From Nitrospira japonica (GTDB lineage: Bacteria; Nitrospirota; Thermodesulfovibrionia; Thermodesulfovibrionales; SM23-35), in contig DYFC01000032.1 in the NCBI GenBank assembly GCA_020725385.1, positions 51,091 to 115,090 of the forward strand: 64,000 bases of DNA, read 5' to 3'. Position numbers and translations under genes: made by a program. Every line of letters begins with the position of its first letter. Position 1 is the first letter of the stretch. Below, one piece after another: positions 46,845 to 56,564 of this stretch. The notes under the pieces were generated by a model. The model was not told the origin of the DNA, did not search any database, and saw only the letters and a list, made by a program, of their open reading frames with translations.

Positions 46845-48569
46845 TTATTTTTTTCTCTTTATATTCAGAATTTTTATAAGATTTTGGTAATTCATTGTAT
46901 TAATCACATGCTTTTTTTCGAGCCAGCCGCGCCTTGCGATAGATACTCCGTAAGCCATAAATTTAAATTGACTTAACATATGGGTATCTGTACTAATAAC
47001 AATCGGGATACCTGTTAATGCAGCTTTTTTAGCATAAATATCATTAAGATCAAGCCTGAGCGGATATGCATTAATTTCAAGAATAGTATTGGTTCTATAA
47101 GCTGTTTCAATTATCTTGTCCATATCAATATCATAAGGGTCTCTTTCACCTATAAGTCTTCCCGTTGGATGTGCGATAACAGAAACATAGGGATTTTTCA
47201 TCGCAGAAATAATCCTCTGTGTAAGTTGTTCTCTGCCCTGCTTGAATCCAGAATGGATTGAAGCTATGACTATATCAAGCTGCTTAAGAATATCATCGGA
47301 AAAATCCAGATGACCATCAATTCTTATATCAACTTCAATACCCGATAATATCCTGAATCCCTTAAGTCTCTTATTTAGCGCATCGATCTCTTTCTTTTCT
47401 TCGATGACTTTTTCTTCGTTTAAACCTCCTGCGATTCCAAGCCCTTTTGAGTGATCTGTTATTGCTATATATTCATAACCAAGTTCTCTGGCAGCGTTTA
47501 TTAGCTCATCGTAATCATGACTACCGTCACTTCTCTTTGTATGAACATGCAGGTCCCCTCTAATATCTTTAAGTTCAATTAATACGGGGAGCTTTCCATT
47601 TAAAGCTGCTTCAATCTCTCCTGTATCTTCTCTCAATTCCGGGGGAATATATGGTAGACCTAATATTTTATAAATGTCCTCTTCTTTTTCGCCTCCAAGT
47701 TTTTTATCATCTTTTTCCCTGAAAATCCCGTATTCATTTATCTTCAATCCTGTTTTAACAGCCATCTCTCGAAGTCTGATATTGTGTTCTTTACTACCTG
47801 TAAAATAAGCGAGTGCAGCACCGTAACTCTCTTCTTGAACTACCCTTAAATCAACCTGAATGCCTTCGTGAATTATTATGCTTGATTTTGTAGGACCGTG
47901 CATCAGTACTTCTTTTACATTTGGCAGATGAATAAAAGCATTCATGACAGATTTAGGGTCATTTGAAGTCGCAAGAATGTCTATATCTTTGATAGTGTCT
48001 TTCCAGCGTCTAAGACTACCGGCGAGGCTTAGCTTATTAACAGGACTGTGTTTTCTAATATAATTAAGAATTTCTTCAGCAATCGGAAGAACTTTACCCA
48101 ATGGTTTTCTCTCTATACCCCTTTTTAACATCTCTATACCTTTTATTATATTTTCTTCTGTCTTTTCTTTTATTCCGGGGAGCCCGGTTAATTTATGTTG
48201 ACGGGCATAATTTTCAAGATCATCTATATTTTTTACATTCAATTTTTCATAAAGCAATTTTGCGGTTTTCGGGCCAAGCCCCGGAACTTTCAATAATGCG
48301 CTAAGACCTTCAGGGATTTCTTTTTTAATATCTTCATACGCCTGAATCCTGCCTGTATTAACATATTCTTCTATTTTCCCCGCAAGATCCTGGCCGATTC
48401 CGGGTATTTTGAGTAATTCTTCTTTTGAAGTTTCTGCTACATCTTTTGATAGACTCTCAAGCGCAAGAGCTGCCCTTTTATATGCTCTTATTCTGAAAGG
48501 ATTGTCACCTTTAATTTCAAGAATATCAGCAATATCATTAAATATTGAAGCAATTTCTTTGTTCTTCAT
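46845..48569 (-). CDS. polX: DNA polymerase X family protein with a C-terminal PHP domain
   Basis: 574 aa. N-terminal HhH IADILEIKGDNPFRIRAYKRAA, Pol-beta-like core, PHP motif GDLHVHTKRSDGS. Confidence 0.92.
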   Translation of the reverse strand: MKNKEIASIFNDIADILEIKGDNPFRIRAYKRAALALESLSKDVAETSKEELLKIPGIGQDLAGKIEEYVNTGRIQAYEDIKKEIPEGLSALLKVPGLGPKTAKLLYEKLNVKNIDDLENYARQHKLTGLPGIKEKTEENIIKGIEMLKRGIERKPLGKVLPIAEEILNYIRKHSPVNKLSLAGSLRRWKDTIKDIDILATSNDPKSVMNAFIHLPNVKEVLMHGPTKSSIIIHEGIQVDLRVVQEESYGAALAYFTGSKEHNIRLREMAVKTGLKINEYGIFREKDDKKLGGEKEEDIYKILGLPYIPPELREDTGEIEAALNGKLPVLIELKDIRGDLHVHTKRSDGSHDYDELINAARELGYEYIAITDHSKGLGIAGGLNEEKVIEEKKEIDALNKRLKGFRILSGIEVDIRIDGHLDFSDDILKQLDIVIASIHSGFKQGREQLTQRIISAMKNPYVSVIAHPTGRLIGERDPYDIDMDKIIETAYRTNTILEINAYPLRLDLNDIYAKKAALTGIPIVISTDTHMLSQFKFMAYGVSIARRGWLEKKHVINTMNYQNLIKILNIKRKK

Positions 48570-48577
48570 CTTTTAAA

Positions 48578-50566
48578 TTATTTTTCGGTAAATCTTACGG
48601 CTTCGCTATCCCTACACTCAATTAATATATTTGCTTCTTTTTCAATTAAAGGTTTGATTTCATAAATTCCTACAGGTTTTTCTTTCCCTTTCACTATAAC
48701 CTTTTCGAGTCCCTTTACTTCAACATGTCCGATTCTTCCATTTTTAAGGCTATCTTTAATTAATTCAAAAGTATATTCTGTAATAAGTATATTAGCATTA
48801 TATTTTCTTGTTAATGCTTCAACTCTTGAAGCAAGATTTACATTATCTCCAATTACAGTATAATCCATTTTTCTTCCTTCAGCCCCTATATTTCCAACGA
48901 GCACCTCTCCAGAGTTAATTCCAATACCTGCATCAAGCATTGGTTTGCCTTCTGCTTTCCATCTTTCTTGAAGCTCATGCAATTTATTAAGCATATGCAA
49001 TGTGCATTTCACAGCTAGTTCTGCATGATTATCCTGCTTTAATGGCGCTCCCCAAAAAGCCATTATTGCATCGCCCATAAATTTATCAACGGTTCCTTCC
49101 CATTTAAATATTATATCTGTCATAGTACCAAGATATTCATTCAATATTGAGACAACCTCTTCCGGAGAATGACTCTCTGAAAAAGATGTAAAACCTCTTA
49201 CATCGGAAAAAAGGATTGTTACTTCTTTTCTCTCTCCACCGAGTTTCGCCATGCCTGGATTTCTTATCAATTCTTTGACAACCCGCTCTGTTACATAGCT
49301 TGAAAACATTGACCTCATTTTACGCGCATATGTCTCTTCAACAGCATGACTATAAGCTGTGCCAGAGGCAAACATAAGCAAAGTGGCTATCGAAGGATAA
49401 ACAACATAAATCCATATTCCTCCGTAAGAAAAAACAAGATATGCAATAAACAAAAGAAAAAATACTATTAAAGTTGCTATCACAAAGGATATTACAGCTT
49501 TGAGCCTTCCAACAATAAAAGACACAAGCATTACAGAAGCAAATAGTATAAAAAGATTTGTAATTAAAGAACTTTTTATTAAATATCTACTTTCAAGTAT
49601 AGATGAAATTACATTTGCATGTTTTTCAACACCAGGCATTGCAGGTGAAAAAGGAGTAACCCTTAGGTCATAAATACCCATTGCTGTTGCGCCAATAAGT
49701 ACAATTTTGCCTTGCAATTCATTAGCTCCAATTTTTCCTTCAATAATATCCGAGATTGAATAATGCTTAAAAGTAAAGGAAGGCCCGTAATAGTAAATCA
49801 AACTTCTTCCGTATTTATCTGTAGGAACATATCTTTTCTTACTTAAATAAATACCTTTTGTTGCTTCCACGACAACTTTTTCGTATGGTATTCCAAGATA
49901 GATTGAAGCTGTTAATAAATCAAGTGAAGGATATAAATAACCTTTATGTTCTATAAGCATTGTTTCCCATCTCAATGTCCCGTCATTTTTGTCAGGTATC
50001 ATATTAATGTGACCTATTGCCATTGATTCTTTCATTAAAACAAGCACAGGTGCAAGAACTCCTGTTGAACTGAGGGGAGAATATTTATTGAATTTTTCAG
50101 GATTTAAAATGGATTTAATAGCTGCGTATGTGATATGTTCGTTTTCTCTTGATGTCTGAGTTTTATCAAATGAAAAAACAAGCGGAAGCAATACATTACC
50201 TGCATCTTTTACAGCTTTTGCAAGCAGAGGGTCGTTTTTTTCAGATTCAGGCATAAAGATATCGAAAACGATAAGCTCTGCTCCGGTCTCAGTAAGTTTA
50301 TTAAGCAAAGATGCTATTCTGTCTCTACCCCATGGCCATCTTCCAAGTTTTTCAATACTTCTTTCATCAATTGCAGCTATTACGATATTTTCAGGAGCTT
50401 TTGTCTTACCCATCAGACGGAACCTTACATCATACATTTTATCTTCAAGTATCTCGATGGGAGTGAATTCTATTATCATCAAGGTAGAAAAAATTACGGT
50501 GATAAAAAAACCAATTAGAAAAATGACCCTGTTTTTCTTAGACCTATCAAGCTGTATAGCAGGCAT
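48578..50566 (-). CDS. CHASE2-domain adenylate/guanylate cyclase (class III)
   Basis: 662 aa. N-terminal TM segment, periplasmic CHASE2-like region, a TM cluster, and a cyclase domain VTILFSDVRGFTSFSE...GDAIMAFWGAP. Confidence 0.88.
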   Translation of the reverse strand: MPAIQLDRSKKNRVIFLIGFFITVIFSTLMIIEFTPIEILEDKMYDVRFRLMGKTKAPENIVIAAIDERSIEKLGRWPWGRDRIASLLNKLTETGAELIVFDIFMPESEKNDPLLAKAVKDAGNVLLPLVFSFDKTQTSRENEHITYAAIKSILNPEKFNKYSPLSSTGVLAPVLVLMKESMAIGHINMIPDKNDGTLRWETMLIEHKGYLYPSLDLLTASIYLGIPYEKVVVEATKGIYLSKKRYVPTDKYGRSLIYYYGPSFTFKHYSISDIIEGKIGANELQGKIVLIGATAMGIYDLRVTPFSPAMPGVEKHANVISSILESRYLIKSSLITNLFILFASVMLVSFIVGRLKAVISFVIATLIVFFLLFIAYLVFSYGGIWIYVVYPSIATLLMFASGTAYSHAVEETYARKMRSMFSSYVTERVVKELIRNPGMAKLGGERKEVTILFSDVRGFTSFSESHSPEEVVSILNEYLGTMTDIIFKWEGTVDKFMGDAIMAFWGAPLKQDNHAELAVKCTLHMLNKLHELQERWKAEGKPMLDAGIGINSGEVLVGNIGAEGRKMDYTVIGDNVNLASRVEALTRKYNANILITEYTFELIKDSLKNGRIGHVEVKGLEKVIVKGKEKPVGIYEIKPLIEKEANILIECRDSEAVRFTEK

Positions 50567-50738
50567 ATAAATCCCTTTTCAATTAAAAATATATCATTAT
50601 CATAGCATTATTATAAATAGAGTTGTATTTGTTGACACCGGAAAATACAGAAATTAACCTTTTCAAGATGCAAGATATAAAAGACAACAGACTACGAACA
50701 TCAGAACAAATTCGAAGTATACATTTTTCAGAATAATA

Positions 50739-50747
50739 TGTTATAAT
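50739..50747 (+). promoter_or_regulatory. Extended -10 promoter element upstream of csp
   Basis: TGtTATAAT matches the TGnTATAAT consensus. It would give a 5' UTR of roughly 110 nt. Confidence 0.45.
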
Positions 50748-50784
50748 TTTTTAGAGTTTTGGAAGTTTTTATGTCCACACAAGG

Positions 50785-50816
50785 TCACAAAGACTTTTAG
50801 CTTTGTGGCTTTTTTT
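50785..50816 (+). terminator. Terminator-like hairpin plus U-tract inside the csp leader
   Basis: tcacaaag-acttttag-ctttgtgg followed by cttttttt. The stem is only 7-8 bp and AT-rich, so it is weak. Confidence 0.3.
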
Positions 50817-50865
50817 ATTACCTGTACTTCCGAAAATTCAATTTTTTAAATAAGGAGGTACAAAA

Positions 50866-51066
50866 ATGAGCAAAGGAACAGTAAAATGGTTCAATGAATC
50901 AAAAGGCTTCGGTTTTATAACAAGCGAAGACGGGAAAGATGTTTTTGTCCATTACTCTTCAATTCAGGGTAATGGTTTTAAATCCCTTGCAGAAGGCGAC
51001 CATGTAAGTTTTGATACTGAAAAAGGTCCAAAGGGTCCAAAAGCAATCAATGTTGTAAAACAATAA
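50866..51066 (+). CDS. csp: Cold-shock protein (CspA family)
   Basis: 66 aa. [15 protein letters not shown] (RNP1), VFVHYS (RNP2). AAGGAGG SD. Confidence 0.97.
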   Translation: MSKGTVKWFNESKGFGFITSEDGKDVFVHYSSIQGNGFKSLAEGDHVSFDTEKGPKGPKAINVVKQ

Positions 51067-51077
51067 AAAAACCAAAA

Positions 51078-51111
51078 CCCCCTGACTTTTATTCTCAGGG
51101 GGTTTATTTTT
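51078..51111 (+). terminator. Rho-independent terminator after csp
   Basis: ccccctga-cttttattc-tcaggggg followed by tttattttt. Confidence 0.85.
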
Positions 51112-51127
51112 CAAAAAGGGGAGTTAA

Positions 51128-51502
51128 ATGTTAAATAAAAAGAAGCTTGCTGAACGGGATGAAAGAAAACGGTGTGAACTTGATACAGAACTTCTATCTT
51201 CTAAATATCCTGATATAGAATCTATTGTAATTACTATGGATTATTATCATAAGGGATACAAGGATTTGATGATGAAACGTACTGTAAATTTTTCTCCTGA
51301 AAGCCATGCTTATTTTCATATGGAGTGCATGAAAAATGACTGCCTTGAAGGCGGCTTTAATCTCACGCCTGTTATCTCATCTATGGTTAAAAGAAACATT
51401 ACATCAGAAAAAGGAGAAATAAACTGTCAGGGTAATAATTTATCCGAACACGCCCGTATAATCTTTAAAATATCTATAAAGTATAATAGAAAAACTTCTT
51501 GA
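51128..51502 (+). CDS. Hypothetical protein with a Cys/His-containing central region
   Basis: 124 aa. Strong AAGGGGAG SD. I recognise no family. Contains HMECMKNDC...C. Confidence 0.55.
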   Translation: MLNKKKLAERDERKRCELDTELLSSKYPDIESIVITMDYYHKGYKDLMMKRTVNFSPESHAYFHMECMKNDCLEGGFNLTPVISSMVKRNITSEKGEINCQGNNLSEHARIIFKISIKYNRKTS

Positions 51503-51768
51503 TGCTATTATGCTCATTTAAATGGGTTGTAAAAAAAGTATTTTCCTGCATCGATAACGTCGAAAAATAAATTTTCTCGAAATATCTACTTTATTCTAAA
51601 TACATTTTTGGGTTAACAGATAGGTGGTATAAATTTATTTTGAGCAATATCTGTATTTTTTGAGCCAACCTTTTTAGATTCTTTTCGAAACTTGTTAGCT
51701 TGATAATCTTGTTATGATTATTTTTGGAGATTATTTATATATATATTAAGGTATAATATAAATGATAT

Positions 51769-52644
51769 ATGTACAATTTCGTAAACAAAAAAACTTCAAC
51801 TTTTATCAATTTCATTCTCGGTCTGGTCCTATTGCTTTCAATTCTTGTTTTTATAAGAGACATAATCACATATAAATTTGAAAACAAAAAGAGGTCAAAA
51901 GAAAATATCTCTAATTTAAATCAACAGCCTTTTTCACCAGTTACAACTCAATTTATCGAATATGCTCCTTTAATGAAAAATAATATCTTCGGAATACAAT
52001 CAGGAGAGCTAAAACAACTAACAGCTTCAGCAACACCTGTTATTCGACAGACAAATTTTACATTGATTGGTACTGTGTCAGGTCCCAAAGAGCTTAGTTA
52101 TGCAATATTTAAAAACAATTCAGGAATGCAGGAAATATTTAAAATAGGTGATTCAGTTTTTGGAGCAGGAAAGCTTTATAGTGTTAAAAAAGATAAAGTA
52201 TTAATGCAAAGTAGCGAAGGGATAAAAGAAGTTCCGATTGAAGACATTGTAAAAGTCAGGGAAATAAAGCCGGCTCAAGCCGCGCAAACATTGGGAGTAA
52301 CTGGTTTTACTCAAAAAGTCGGCAGAAGCTCTTATATAGTCGATCAGTCAAGGCTCCAGCAAATGATAGCAAGTCCAGCACAAATAATGACAGATGCAAG
52401 ACTTAAACCGAATTCCTCTAATGGCAAAGAAGAAGGTTTTATTCTAAGTGAAGTAAAAGCCGGTGGAATTTATCAAAGCCTCGGGCTTCAGGATGGAGAT
52501 GTGCTTTTAAGAATTAATGAATATGATATATCAAATCCTGAGATGGCATTACAGGCGCTTACCGCACTTAAAGGGCTTGATAGGGTACAAATTGATTTAA
52601 TCAGGGCAGGTTCAAGAATGACAATGAATTATCAAATTAAATAA
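51769..52644 (+). CDS. gspC: Type II secretion system protein GspC (PDZ domain)
   Basis: 291 aa. N-terminal TM segment and a C-terminal PDZ-like GFILSEVKAGGIYQSLGLQDGDVLLRINEYDI. Precedes the secretin gene. Confidence 0.7.
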   Translation: MYNFVNKKTSTFINFILGLVLLLSILVFIRDIITYKFENKKRSKENISNLNQQPFSPVTTQFIEYAPLMKNNIFGIQSGELKQLTASATPVIRQTNFTLIGTVSGPKELSYAIFKNNSGMQEIFKIGDSVFGAGKLYSVKKDKVLMQSSEGIKEVPIEDIVKVREIKPAQAAQTLGVTGFTQKVGRSSYIVDQSRLQQMIASPAQIMTDARLKPNSSNGKEEGFILSEVKAGGIYQSLGLQDGDVLLRINEYDISNPEMALQALTALKGLDRVQIDLIRAGSRMTMNYQIK

Positions 52645-52708
52645 AGTTATATTTGTATTATTTATAATGCTGACTTGAGATGTTGTTTGATGCTAAAATA
52701 GACAAACT

Positions 52709-55039
52709 ATGAATTTCTTTTTACATAAAAAAATATTTATCAAAAAGATTCCCTCGTTCTATCTCTCAACCTTTATCTTTTTATTTATCCTAATTTTGTT
52801 ATTGATAATTCATCCCTCTTCTTTCTCGATGGACAGTCAAACATCTAATATCAAAGATAGCAAAACTAAGGAAAAAGATACCCAGAAGACTAAAGAAAAA
52901 AAGGTTACTTTTAATTTCGTAGATGTTGATATACCAGTGGTTGTAAAATTCATCAGCGAAGTGACCGGCAAAAATTTTGTTTTTGATGATAAGGTTAAAG
53001 GCACCGTAACTATTATTGCACCTTCAAAATTATCTGTTGATGATGCTTTCAGTTTATTTACATCTGTCCTTGAATTAAAAGGCTTTACAATTATTCAGAT
53101 GGGCAAAGTCTATAAAATAGTTCCTCTGTCTCAGGCAAGACAATCCAGCACAGAATTAATAAAAGACGAAGATAGAGCAGTTAATGATGCTTATATAACC
53201 AGAATTATTCAATTGAATTCTATCTCAAGTACAAAAGCAATGAATTTTCTCCAGCCACTTATATCAAAGGATGGACACATTTCCTCATACGGACCTGGCA
53301 ATATGCTCCTGATAGTTGATTCTTCTGCTAATATCGAAAAAATAATAAAGATTATTGAAAGCATAGACAAACAGGATATTGAAGAGCCGGAACTTATCAT
53401 GCTTAAATACGCATCAGCTGAAGAGGTCGTTAAAATGTTAAATGAATCTATCTCTACTGTAACAAAATCTCAAGCTCCAGCTGTAGGAGTAGGAGTCAGG
53501 CCTCCTGTAAGAGGTGAAACAGTATCAGGGGTTTCTGTTGATGAAACACGTCCGAATATTTTTGCGGATACAAGATTGAATGCAATTATAATGATAGCGG
53601 GTAAACAGGAAAAAGAAGAGATAAAGAGAATGATTAAACTTCTTGATATACCAATGCCTGAAGCTACAAGCAAAATTAATGTTTATTTTCTCGAATATGC
53701 TGATGCTACCGAACTCTCAAAAGTTCTTGAGGGAATGATCTCAGGAATTTCTCAGATAAAAACAACCCAGACTGTTCAAGCTCCACAGAGTATCAAAGGA
53801 CCTTTTGAAGCAGGAAGGATTGTAATATCACCAGATAAAGCTACAAATTCATTGATTATAGTTGCACCACCTGCTGATTATCAGAACATAATGCAGGTAG
53901 TAAAACAACTTGATAGAAGAAGGAAACAAGTTTATGTAGAGGCAATGATTGTTGAGGCATCCATAGACAATTTGAAAGAACTTGGAGCTCAATGGAGAAT
54001 TACTGCTGAAAAAAATAATGAACCTGTATTTATAAGTGGATTCGGGAAAATGGATGCATCTGCTATTAGTAATGTAATTTATGGACTAAGCGGAATGACA
54101 TTGGGTGGTATAGGAAATTTTCTTAATGTTCCTGTTACAACAACTGATTCTTCCGGAAATACAACCACAACAACTCTGACAATACCGGGCTTTGCAGCTC
54201 TTTTTAGCTTGAATGAATTTAAAGGAGCTGTAAATGTGCTTTCTACTCCTCAGATACTGACATCTGACAATAAAGAAGCAGAGATAGTTGTTGGAGAAAA
54301 TGTGCCTTTTATATCAAAAAGGGAACGCGATATTACTACATCAAGCACAATTCTAAATTCTATCGAGAGAAAAGATGTTGGCATAACCTTAAGGCTTACT
54401 CCGCAGATAACCGAAGGTGATTATGTTAAGATGGAAATCTATCAGGAAATATCTTCTTTGAAAGGTGATACAGAAAATATAATTCTTAATGTTGGTCCAA
54501 CCACAACAAAGCGTTCTACAAAAACTTCTGTTGTTGTTAAAGATAGCCAGACAGTTGTAATAGGCGGCCTCATGGAGGAAAAAGAAGAAGTCAATATTAA
54601 TAAAGTGCCGTTACTTGGTGATGTGCCTGTATTGGGATGGATTTTTAAAAATAAAAAACAGGAAAAGAAAAAAACCAATCTCTTAATTTTCCTCACGCCA
54701 CATATCGTCAAAGAATCAGAACATCTTGAAAAGCTAAGTGAAAACAAGAAGTCTGAATTTGCAAAAGCAGAAGAAAGATTCAAACAAGGAGAATTGCTCG
54801 TTAAATTTAAAGAAGGTGTTAGTGAATCAAGAATCAATGAAATAATTTCTTTAGAAGAGGCTTCAATTATCAGCACCTCAAAATCTACAGGAGTATATAA
54901 TATAAAATTAAAGGAAAATATGGATGTATTGAAAGCAAAAGAGAAATTTATAAGTTATAAAGAAGTTCAGTTTGCTGAGCCGAATTATATGATTAAAATG
55001 CAACATCATGAATCAAAAATTAAAAATGGAAATAATTGA
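52709..55039 (+). CDS. gspD: Type II secretion system secretin GspD with an extra C-terminal domain
   Basis: 776 aa. N0 domain VTFNFVDVDIPVVVKFISEVTGKNFV, N1-N3 repeats, secretin core VPLLGDVPVLGWIFK...NLLIFLTPHIV, followed by a tail of about 100 aa. Confidence 0.92.
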   Translation: MNFFLHKKIFIKKIPSFYLSTFIFLFILILLLIIHPSSFSMDSQTSNIKDSKTKEKDTQKTKEKKVTFNFVDVDIPVVVKFISEVTGKNFVFDDKVKGTVTIIAPSKLSVDDAFSLFTSVLELKGFTIIQMGKVYKIVPLSQARQSSTELIKDEDRAVNDAYITRIIQLNSISSTKAMNFLQPLISKDGHISSYGPGNMLLIVDSSANIEKIIKIIESIDKQDIEEPELIMLKYASAEEVVKMLNESISTVTKSQAPAVGVGVRPPVRGETVSGVSVDETRPNIFADTRLNAIIMIAGKQEKEEIKRMIKLLDIPMPEATSKINVYFLEYADATELSKVLEGMISGISQIKTTQTVQAPQSIKGPFEAGRIVISPDKATNSLIIVAPPADYQNIMQVVKQLDRRRKQVYVEAMIVEASIDNLKELGAQWRITAEKNNEPVFISGFGKMDASAISNVIYGLSGMTLGGIGNFLNVPVTTTDSSGNTTTTTLTIPGFAALFSLNEFKGAVNVLSTPQILTSDNKEAEIVVGENVPFISKRERDITTSSTILNSIERKDVGITLRLTPQITEGDYVKMEIYQEISSLKGDTENIILNVGPTTTKRSTKTSVVVKDSQTVVIGGLMEEKEEVNINKVPLLGDVPVLGWIFKNKKQEKKKTNLLIFLTPHIVKESEHLEKLSENKKSEFAKAEERFKQGELLVKFKEGVSESRINEIISLEEASIISTSKSTGVYNIKLKENMDVLKAKEKFISYKEVQFAEPNYMIKMQHHESKIKNGNN

Positions 55040-56564
55040 TGTAATAAGAGATGAAGATGTTGAATTACCTTTATTAAAAAATATTCCTCTTGGATTTGCA
55101 AAGAGCAATAACATATTCCCCATAAAAGTTCAAAATTCAGAATTAATCTGCGCAGTTTCAGATGATTCTGGATTACTTGCTTTGGCTGAACTCTCACGTA
55201 CTCTTGGATTAAAACCAAGAGCTTTAAAGGCAAAGTCCGAAATTATAATAAATGCTGTAAATAAATATTACGGACAGTTAGGCTCAGCAGAAGAGGTTAT
55301 GGATACTATTACAGGAGAAGACCTTTCTTCTGTTGCTACAGAATTTGAGAAGCCAAAAGACTTGCTTGAGCTCACAGAAGATGCTCCTATTATAAGACTT
55401 TTAAATGCTATACTTCTTCAGGCTTTTAAAGAAAGGGCAAGCGATATTCATATTGAGCCTTATGAAAAAGTCCTTGAAGTTAGATTCAGAGTAGATGGAA
55501 TTCTTCATAATGTATTATCTCCGCCTAAAATTATTCAGGATGCTTTAATAAGCAGGATAAAAATAATGGCTAATCTCGACATAGCTGAACAAAGGTTGCC
55601 ACAGGACGGCAGGATAAGACTTCTTCTTGCCGGAAGGGATATTGATATAAGAGTTTCTGTAATTCCTACTTCTTATGGAGAAAGAGCTGTTTTAAGACTG
55701 CTCGACAGAAAACAGGGTTTACTCGGACTTTGGGAAGTTGGATTCAGCGACGATGATTGTAAAAAAGTTGAGAGTTATCTGCAAAGATCAGATGGGATTA
55801 TTCTTGTTACAGGTCCAACAGGAAGCGGAAAGACTACGACTCTCTATGCTGCATTAAACAGAATACATACAGAAGAGAAAAATATAATTACAGTAGAAGA
55901 CCCGGTTGAATACCAATTAAAAGGCATCGGTCAGGTTCAGGTTAATCCTAAAATAGGGCTAACTTTTGCCTCAGGTCTAAGGTCTATATTAAGGCAGGAT
56001 CCTGACATCATTATGGTAGGTGAGATTAGAGATATTGAAACTGCTGAAATGGCAATGCAGGCATCATTAACAGGACATCTTGTCTTGAGTACTCTGCATA
56101 CCAATGATTCTCCTTCTGCTGTTGTAAGGCTTATAGACATGGGTATTGAGCCTTTTCTTATTTCCTCTTCTCTTTCGGTTGTTATTGCTCAAAGACTTGT
56201 CAGAACAATTTGCCCTGATTGTAAAGAAACCTATTCTCCTTCGGATACAGAAAAAGTTCTATTAAAAGATGTAATAAATATTCATATGCGAGAAATCACT
56301 CTCTCAAAAGGCAAGGGTTGCAGCAAGTGTAATAATAAAGGCTATATCGGAAGAACCGGTATATTTGAAGTTCTTGTTATTGACAATGAAATTCGCAATA
56401 TGATAAATGAAAAAATGGATTCTCAAACAATAAAAAACTATGCTTTATCAAAAGGAATGAAGACATTAAGGACCGATGGTCTCGAAAAAGCAATTAAAGG
56501 CATTACAACTCTTGAAGAAGTATTAAGAGTTACCCAGAAAGATTATGCCGATCTTTCAATATAA
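55008..56564 (+). CDS. gspE: Type II secretion system ATPase GspE
   Basis: 518 aa. Walker A GPTGSGKTT, Asp and His boxes, tetracysteine CPDC...CSKC. The start may instead be the ATG at 55026. Confidence 0.93.
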   Translation: MNQKLKMEIIDVIRDEDVELPLLKNIPLGFAKSNNIFPIKVQNSELICAVSDDSGLLALAELSRTLGLKPRALKAKSEIIINAVNKYYGQLGSAEEVMDTITGEDLSSVATEFEKPKDLLELTEDAPIIRLLNAILLQAFKERASDIHIEPYEKVLEVRFRVDGILHNVLSPPKIIQDALISRIKIMANLDIAEQRLPQDGRIRLLLAGRDIDIRVSVIPTSYGERAVLRLLDRKQGLLGLWEVGFSDDDCKKVESYLQRSDGIILVTGPTGSGKTTTLYAALNRIHTEEKNIITVEDPVEYQLKGIGQVQVNPKIGLTFASGLRSILRQDPDIIMVGEIRDIETAEMAMQASLTGHLVLSTLHTNDSPSAVVRLIDMGIEPFLISSSLSVVIAQRLVRTICPDCKETYSPSDTEKVLLKDVINIHMREITLSKGKGCSKCNNKGYIGRTGIFEVLVIDNEIRNMINEKMDSQTIKNYALSKGMKTLRTDGLEKAIKGITTLEEVLRVTQKDYADLSI

